From positions 81,530,001-81,594,000 of the forward strand of contig OX597818.1 in the NCBI GenBank assembly GCA_951406725.2: 64,000 bases of DNA. Reading direction: 5' to 3'. Positions within the stretch are counted from its first letter, which is position 1. The number at the start of each line of letters is the position of its first letter. A model generated the notes under the pieces. That model was given only the letters and a program-made list of their open reading frames with translations, was not told the origin of the DNA and made no database searches. The position numbers and the translations under genes were made by a program. This DNA comes from Octopus vulgaris (taxonomy: Eukaryota). Below, in pieces: positions 55,545 to 64,000 of this stretch.

Positions 55545-56810
55545 TGAGGGGTGTTCATTAAAGATTTTCCCTGATCCACTTCCCAAGGACTGAGATGAAT
55601 GAAACTTGGCATAATTATTAAGACTTTTCCACATAGCCACCACCATGGGTAACACACTCTCCCTATTGTTTTATGCAGCTATGAAGTAGCATCTGGAAAC
55701 AAGACTTTACTTCGGAAATAAGTTCATTATCATCCGAAAATTGCTTTCCCTTCAAGATAGACTCTAAGTTTGGAAATATACTTCAAATCAGATGGTGCGC
55801 GGTCGGGAGAGTAAGGGAGATGAAAAAGGATTTCATAGCTGCAGGTATGTGCTTTCATTTGGGAAACATGTATATTGTGAACTATGGCGTTGTCTTGGAG
55901 GAGGCAGACTTCTTTGGTCAGCATGCCACGCCTCTCTGCTTTGATGGCGTCCCACAATATCTGCTGCAGCGAAGCACAATATGCCCCTTTAATTGTGATG
56001 CCCTTTGCCAGAAAATCCATTATCGCTACTCCGCGCTGGCCCCAAAAGACTGAGCATCACCTTGTCTGCTGATGGTTGGACACGAGATTCCTTTGGAGGT
56101 GGTGAGTTATCATGGTTCCATTGCTTCGACTGGACTTTAGTCTCAGGATCATAGTGATGGATTCTTGTTTTATCCTGTGTGATAAATCTACCGAAAACGC
56201 CCTCCTCGATCTCTTGGCACGTTGCCAAATGAGCCTGAGAGCAATTGACTCATTCCTGCTTCTGAATAGGTGTGAACATCCGAGGAATTTTTCGTGTAGA
56301 CAAATTTTGCATGTTCAAATGGTCGTAAATTACTTTTTTCCATGGACCCTACACTAATCTTCATTTTCTGGGATAGTTGCGGAATAGTTATGCGCAGTCC
56401 TCCAAAATGGCGGCTTCCATTTTATGGATGGTGTCGTCATCAATGGCGGAATATGGTCGTCCAGGAACAGGAGCAATTTCCACCAATGTCCGACCACAGT
56501 TAAACTGGCAATGCCATTGCTTGTCTACGTTGTATGATGGTACATGGTCACCATAAACTTCTTTCATCTCATTGAAAGTCTCTTTTGGTGTACGACCTTT
56601 CAAGTATAAAAACCTGATCACTGATCTACATTCAACTGCCTCCCTTATAACATCTTAGTCCACTTCAACAGCTGTAAAAGACAAACGAATACTAGTGGAA
56701 TGCTGGAATTTACAATGTGACATGTAGAGAGTATGTTTATACCTGTACAAGTTCCGTTTCCTGCAAAAACCAGAAGTGGGTCAGGGGAAATCTTTAATGA
56801 TCACCTCTCG
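55545..56810 (-). mobile_element. full-length decayed mariner (DD34D) transposon
   Basis: ~37-bp TIRs TGAGGGGTGTTCATTAAAGATTTTCCCTGATCCACTTC and GAAGTGGGTCAGGGGAAATCTTTAATGATCACCTCTCG with flanking TA; transposase remnants IRFLYLKG, GRP, RFITQD...HHYDPE....KQW, LLQDNA, PYSPDRAPSD. Confidence 0.92.
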
Positions 56811-56832
56811 TATATCGGACTATATACATATA

Positions 56833-57132
56833 CAGGTGTTGCACAAAATAATGGAAACACCTGGCATCATAATTTTGAAATATCTATAAAACCGTCAAAA
56901 CCTTGTTTATTTTTATGTTATTTATTTATTTATTATTAGTGTTGCTTAATATGTTTTGCCACAATTGGGGTTTCTTTTCAGATATCATCAGAAAAAGGTA
57001 ATAACAATTCATTAAAATGACAGATTTATCGGACTTTCAAACAGGTCAAATTATTGGTGCTCGTATGGCAGGTGCTAGCGTAACGAAAACACCCGAAATG
57101 TTTGGTGTATGAAGAAGTACTGTCTCGAAAAA
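56833..57132 (+). mobile_element. Tc1-like element 5' end
   Basis: TA-CAGGTGTTGCACAAAATAATGGAAACAC terminus; from about 57017 MTDLSDFQTGQIIGARMAGASVTKT..FGV*RSTVS (paired-like HTH). Confidence 0.8.
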
Positions 57133-57179
57133 AATTCCTCTTTTGCTGTGATAAACTGTCAGAATGTTTTAATTGCCTC

Positions 57180-58060
57180 TTCTCTATTTAAGAATGTTTT
57201 ATTGCTTGTAAAAAGTTCAAAATGCTTAAATAAGTGATGATCAGGGAAATGGGGATGTTGCAAAATCTCATAATTCAGGCTTTACAACTTTTGGAGCGTA
57301 GCTTGAGAAGTGTAAGGACGTGCATTGTCGTGGAGCAAAGTTAGGCCATCCCTATTCACAAGCCTGGGTTACTTCTTTTACAAATTTTCATGCATAACAT
57401 CAGTTTCCTGGCAATACGGTGTTGCTGATAGCGTTTTGCTTTGTTGCAAAAATAAATAATGAATAACTCCTTTCGCAGGCCACCGAACATTGACCACTAA
57501 CTTTTTAGGGTGCATTGGTGGGTTTGGGTAGCTCCTGCATCTAATCATTGTCCTGTTATCCTGCTGTTGTCAAAGAGTATACATTTCTTATCCCAAGTAA
57601 TGACTTGATGCAAAAATAGTCTTTTTCCAGTTGAGAAAGCAATTTTTTTTACTGGTGTCCAAAAACAGTTGTGTGATATGTTTGGAGTTTTGATGAAAGT
57701 TTTCGAACCTTTGTTCTCGGATTTTGTTCAACCAAAATGTTTAATCTGTCATGACGAGTAACTGATTTTGGCCTACCCCTTGGTTTATTTTCATGGCTAT
57801 CATCTCCTGAACGAGAGCTCTGGAACCATTTCTGAACAGTTCTGATGTCAACAAAACCATTACCAAAGGCCCGCTTGATATTCCGTAGAGATTCAGCGGC
57901 AGAGTGAGCCAGCTTGTACTCATATGAAAAAATCACTCAACATAGTTTGGCTGTTATCATCTTCATAATGAATGTGAGTACGAATTTTGTATAACAATAT
58001 TGTTGGGAAAGAAAAAGTCAAGATTAAACGCAAGGTATACATTATAGAGCTTTTAAATGA
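57180..58060 (-). pseudogene. second mariner transposase remnant
   Basis: ORF 57649-57936 YEYKL.HSAAE..RNI..AFG.....RTVQKWF...RSGD...E..PRGRP; downstream LLHDNARPYT near 57310-57340. Confidence 0.82.
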
Positions 58061-58827
58061 CTGAAATAGCAAATAGTTAAAAATGAGACATTTCATAATT
58101 AGATGTAAGTGTGTACAGAATTAAGTATACGCAGGAAACACGGAAAAGTAATTGTTTAATAAAATTGTAAAATATTCGCGAAGGATAATATATTGAATTT
58201 GTTCCTGCGGTTTGGAAAGATAGACGTACTTCGGCGCACGCACACACACACACGCGCGCGCATACACACGTACACACACACAAAAGCGGGGGAGGGGAGG
58301 AGTGAGATAAAGAAAGGGATGAACTGACAAAGGGAAAGAGAGAGAGGGTGGGGGATGTGAACAGAACGAAAGTGAAAGTGAACCAAGCAGAAAAAAAGAA
58401 GACAGAGCAACTGAGTGATTTTTTTTATGTAGATTAATGTACAGCTTGCTAGCTAGCTAGACAGGTAGATAAATAGATATATAGATAGATATAGGTATGG
58501 TGTTAGTGAGAGAGAAGTAGCAGACATAGAGATATTTAGGAGACAGGTAGTGAGAAGGAGTAATGAATGTGCTTGAATGAGATGTGCGTTAAATAATTCA
58601 AAGCGATGCAGGGTTGTCAGTTTTATGGTTAAATGGCATTTATATCATCTTCGCAACCAGAATCGCAAGCATTTGTCTGTTCGTGTAGCTGATGCTTAGA
58701 TGTGTTATAGATAAGTAGATAGTTTCATAGATTCTTAGATCGATATAACTAGGCGGATGTGTGGTAATATATATATATATAGAGAGAAATATGCTAATAG
58801 TCCGGTCTACACACGTATGCATGTATG

Positions 58828-58861
<34 letters not shown>

Positions 58862-58885
58862 TGTGGGTGGGTGTATATATGCGTA

Positions 58886-58925
<40 letters not shown>

Positions 58926-59114
58926 GTGTGTGTTTGTATCTGTTAATGCGTGAACTTCAAACTTATGAACAGATTACTCAATAGTATTCAATGGATAGCG
59001 TAGAACTTCTAATTTGGAGCATTTGAGTGAACCGCTAACAAAAGTAATGAACCTCCTATCTTTGTCTGTAGGTCTAATTATCTTACCTTTGTATAAAATT
59101 TATATATGTATATC

Positions 59115-59425
59115 ATCATTATCATCATCATCTGACCGACCAGGCTATCAGATGTTGCTACACATCGCTGGTCACAATGCACTTCGCATTGATTTAGCCT
59201 TCAAATGACGCCACCCCGCTGGCTTAGCGAGCAGGCCAACAGAAAAAAGAGTGAGAGAAAGTTGTGGCGAAAGAGTACACCAGGGACCGCCACCACCCCC
59301 TGCCAGAGCCTCGTGGAGTTTTAGGTGTTTTCGCTCTATAAACACTCACAAAGCCCGGTCTGGGAATCGAAACCGCGATCTTACGACCGCGAGTCTGCTG
59401 CCCTAACCACTGGGCCATTGTGCCT

Positions 59426-59428
<3 letters not shown>
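59115..59428 (-). mobile_element. SINE family E, full length, with (GAT)n tail
   Basis: tRNA-like head with A and B boxes; tail CTGATAGCCTGGTCGGTCAGATGATGATGAT. Confidence 0.85.
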
Positions 59429-59488
<60 letters not shown>

Positions 59489-59541
59489 CACACATATATA
59501 TATATATATATACATCAATATATATATATATATATATACAT

Positions 59542-59599
<58 letters not shown>

Positions 59600-60747
59600 C
59601 CCAATTTACAACTCCTAATATCTTGACAATATTTATGACCATACCTAGCCATGGACTGTCAACTCATTCTTACCCTCCATTCCAAACAGACACTGTCTTC
59701 TAGTTTTAGATTTAGTAGTTGATAAAAAGACAAATAAATTAGAAATGAACCACAATCCTTTTCAAGCTATGACCCCAGTGAGCTTCATACCTTTCTTGGA
59801 AGTCTAGCCTTTTCTTAGTTACAATAGCGTCAACATGGATTTCTTCCATCTTTTTGAGAAAAATTATATTTATTGACGTAATGTTTGCGGTTTTAGACAT
59901 TAGAATGGGACTTCATCAGACTCCCACTAAAGCTCCTCTTTCACATTGTGCGTCTTCGGATTTTTCTTGGTGGGGAGCATATGTCGGGTGGAAACAAAGA
60001 ATAAATAAAAGTGCGGTTAGAGGATGAGTAATTAGCATAGAGATAATGTAGGGAGAATAGAGAGGAGGAATACAAAGAAGGGGAAGAATAAGAATAAAGA
60101 AGAAGAGGAGGAGGAAGAGGGGGAGAAAGAGAAGGAAGTGGAGGAGAAGGAGCTATGGACATTCATAAATGAGGAAGGGCAATATACAACAAAACACTTT
60201 ATGTGGACTAAAAATTTTCACAGCGGTCGATCAGTGCAGCATTTGTCACTGGTACCAAATTTCGTTTGATGGGTGACAATTTATTTGACCACTAGATAAC
60301 ATTCACCAACGAAAACGTAAAAGAGGCAAAAGGGAAAACGCAATTTAGATAGCCCTGACAATTTCCAAGGAATGAAAATAATAATGACCAGTCACGTGAT
60401 GTGTGTGTGGTGGGGGAATAGTGTGGTATGTAGTAGAATGGCATAAATCACCTGCTAGCTAGGAGACCATTTATGATCTTAAAGTATTTATGCTAGGGAA
60501 ATGAAATGCAAAATAAAAAAGACGGGGAAATCTAACAGCGATGGGTATGCCCTAAAGAGTTAAAGCAGAAAATAATTATTTAGAGTTTAACTGAAAAGTG
60601 GTCAAGAATTTTATATAATATGTTAGCTTTGAACATATATAACTTTGGTAAATTGAAGATATATATAAAAATAGAGAGAATAGAGAAATCAAATATAGGA
60701 ACAATGATTAAATAAATAAGACGTATAGACTGAAAATTAATACTTAC

Positions 60748-60784
60748 CTGGTGATATATATATATTACTGCCTGATGAAGGAGA
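60748..60784 (-). other. candidate 37-nt exon
   Basis: Branch-like CCCTAATC, acceptor CTTTTATCCCCAG, donor CAG|GTAAGTA. Confidence 0.3.
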
Positions 60785-61192
60785 CTGGGGATAAAAGTGA
60801 TTAGGGTTAATATACTTTGAAAGTTTAAAAATTATCAAAATAAAAGAGTTGAGAATTAATTAGGATTATGTGACTAGAATCAGCAATAATATGACATTAG
60901 TTACGTAGTACGTTGCTAAATCTTTATAACTGGAGGGGTAGATAAGATGTGAGGGTAAAACGGGATTATATGTAATTCGTTTGAAAATTAAAACATTAAA
61001 ACATTAAAAATTCGATTAAAAAGTATATAGAAGCAGTGAAATGTAAAAAATTATAACATAAAAATTATTAAAATATTTTGTTCGAGAAATGGAATAAAAC
61101 GAATATGAATGGTTGAGGAAACAATGTTCCGTTTCAACAGTTATAGATTGTGTCTGTGTGTGTGTATGTATGTATGTATGTATGTATGCATG

Positions 61193-61227
<35 letters not shown>

Positions 61228-61552
61228 ATATATATATTACATAATAAAACAGTGTTTGTGTGTGTATGCGTGTGTGTGCTTATGTTTCTTATGGATTCGA
61301 AAACTGAGTTGCCAATTTTGACGTATGACGTATCAAAAGGTTCAGTAATCTTTCGGCTACCAAATAAAGTATATTTTTGCACAACCAGTTTTTTTTACTA
61401 TAAAAATAACCTCGAAAACGATGTCGGGTCGCACAGTTTTGAGGTCTTTAGCTAACGGAGGCAATTCTGCCTGAATAGTATGTCTTAGAGCATAATGAGA
61501 AAATGTTTAAAATACATGGAATTTTACCAGGGAATAAAACTTCGAAGATATA

Positions 61553-61775
61553 CCTCTTTACTCTCTTTTACTCTCTTTTACTTGTTTCAGTCATTTGACT
61601 GCGGCCATGCTGGAGCACCGCCTTTAGTTGAGCAAATCGACCCCAGGACTTATTCTTTGTAAGCCCAGTACTTATTCTATCGGTCTCTTTTGCCGAACCG
61701 CTAAGTGACGAGGACGTAAACACACCAGCATCGGTTGTCAAGCAATGCTAGGGGGACAAACACATACACACAACG

Positions 61776-61830
<55 letters not shown>

Positions 61831-61996
61831 TACGACAGGCTTCTTTCAGTTTCCGTCTACCAAATCCACTCACAAGGTATTGGTCGGCCCGGGGCTATAG
61901 CAGAAGACACTTGCCCAAGGTGCCACGCAGTAGGACTGAACCCGTAACCATGTGGTTGGTTAGCAAGCTACTTACCACACAGCCACTCCTGCGCCT
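61553..61996 (-). mobile_element. young full-length SINE A
   Basis: Complete from head to a repeated GTAAAAGAGA tail. Confidence 0.92.
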
Positions 61997-63058
61997 ATAA
62001 ATTAAATTGCATCGACCGGGAAACTTTATTAAAATGCCTCTATTTTGGTCTTTGTATTATTTGTATTATTTAGTAGGTAATGCTTGTATTATTAATATTA
62101 TTTAGGAGATAATCTTTTAATGTGAAGTATGTTTGTCTGTTTTGTTTAGCCCAGAGTGGCTTCTGATGCAGCAGACCCACCGCAAATATTTTTTCTTCCT
62201 GGAATACTGTAAATCTATGTCTTTCTTTTGATGAAAGAGTGTGTTTTAAGAGTGATTTGGCTACTATTTTTAGTAGCAGAAGTTACTACACAGATATCTC
62301 GCTGTGTGTGTGTTTTGTTGTGAAAAAATTACTTCTCAGAATATTTTGCACAATAATTTTAAAATAAATCTGGACATATTTCTTACTGCTGACCATTCAA
62401 CTTCAAATTACAATTGTTAACCGCTGGAATTCAAGTAGACTTAGACGTACATATAGTGTAACCGTATAGAGTGGAGGTCCAATACGAAGTTTTGAACTCA
62501 TTATCTTATGGTTAGTAATCCATCACCTTAAATTTGAAGCCATTAAGTCTTTAAACATTATTTTACTGGGTTTATTCTTTCGACTCTCCCCATGACGGGG
62601 TATAAGCCTCAAAAATTAAATTGATCATACTGACCTCAGTACCTATTTCAATCTGGCAATTATTTTATAGATCTCCGTTTGATGAACTGCTAACTTTGAG
62701 ACATAGTTGGACACAATACTCGATTTAACAATAAATACGCACACACATTAGGTGCAAAAATGAATGCGTGGTTGAGAATTGCTTCTCAACCACATGGTTC
62801 CATGTTGAGTCCCTCTGCGTGGTATCTTGGACAAGTTATTTCTACTATAGCCCTACGCCAGCAACAGACTTGTAACTGAATTTGGTAGACGAAAACTGAA
62901 GCGTTGTTCATCAGAAAATGACAGATAAACAAGTTTATAAAGAAGAGTTGTTTGCTTCATACAGCTCGTGTGCTGATTCTGCCTATAAGAAGCGACAAAT
63001 AATGCAATGTGGCTATAGGTCATAACACTCGCGCAACACCGGTGTGTATTGCTAGTAT

Positions 63059-63146
<88 letters not shown>

Positions 63147-63361
63147 TTTTTTTGCTTTGCAATTCATGTTTATATTTACTTTTAAATCCTTCCCATTCTT
63201 GAAAATTTTGGTTGTCCCTTGCTCAATTAATTCACATGATTCACAAAGGGGTCTCCAGAGCTAGTTACTTGCATCATTTCTTTTCAAATGTGAATCTCGC
63301 CTTTGTTAGGAGTCTCTTGAGGCTAGGTTATTGATAATTTCTGAGTTCCAATTATTCGTTT

Positions 63362-63483
<122 letters not shown>

Positions 63484-63494
63484 CGTGTGTGTAT

Positions 63495-63669
63495 TTGAGC
63501 AGTACTTTTAATTTTATCGATCTGAAGTGGTTCTTGTATCATCAACCCTGAAAGGATGAAAGGTAAAATCGACCTCAGCGGAATTTGTACTCAGTACATA
63601 AAGACAGATGAAACGCCACGAAACAGTTTTTCCGGTGCGCATACGATTCTGGAAACTCGTCACCTTGAC

Positions 63670-63707
<38 letters not shown>

Positions 63708-63945
63708 CCGATGCAATATCAGGCAGTGGCTCTCATTGCTTCTGATCAAAATATTGCTCCAAGAGAAATGGAGAAAGACCTTGAAATTGAAGTAATCAAT
63801 GTGTGTCACGAAGGTGAAAACCATAGCAGTAATAATTGGAGCTTTGTGTATGATAAAAAAAACGTATCAACGAAACGTAGCATCTATAGCTGGACCCTCA
63901 ACTCTACACATTATCCAAAAAATTGCCTACGAAATACATTATCAA
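63495..63945. mobile_element. SINE B (-), (AAT)n, family D 5' tip (63707-63745) and Dong RLE fragment (63745-63945, +)
   Basis: CCCGATGCAATATCAGGCAGTGGCTCTCA matches the D start; KDLEIEV...KVKTIAVIIGALCMIKK matches the Dong C-terminus. Confidence 0.7.
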
Positions 63946-64000
63946 CTCGATAATACAACACAAATAAAACAAACCACAGGACATCCAATAAAATAAACAA

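Overview
AT-rich, microsatellite-saturated animal DNA, either intergenic or inside a large intron. The SINE families, (TA)n/(AAT)n density and transposon repertoire resemble an octopod cephalopod (Octopus); this is an inference from recall, not a search. Almost all ORFs in the track are microsatellite artefacts. Real coding signal comes from transposon remnants: an ORF1-only Tx1/L1-like element with a zinc knuckle (8.1-10.5 kb), two Tx1-type ORF2 C-terminal fragments, about seven R4/Dong-type (RLE) retrotransposon fragments associated with (AAT)n, an RTE fragment, a full-length decayed mariner, and maT/Tc1/mariner pieces. Non-coding repeats include several tRNA-derived SINE families (working names A, B, E, F), a ~560-bp element sitting in (AAT)n (D), Penelope-like repeats with hammerhead-like motifs (C and others), and hAT/mariner/long-TIR MITEs. 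The most interesting patterns are Tx1-type elements joined to SINE tRNA heads, an (AAT)n-targeting guild (Dong + D) fed by SINE tails, hammerhead motifs, and fold-back duplications centred on (TA)n. A few small minus-strand exon candidates hint at a host gene but are unproven. Coordinates of decayed repeats are approximate.
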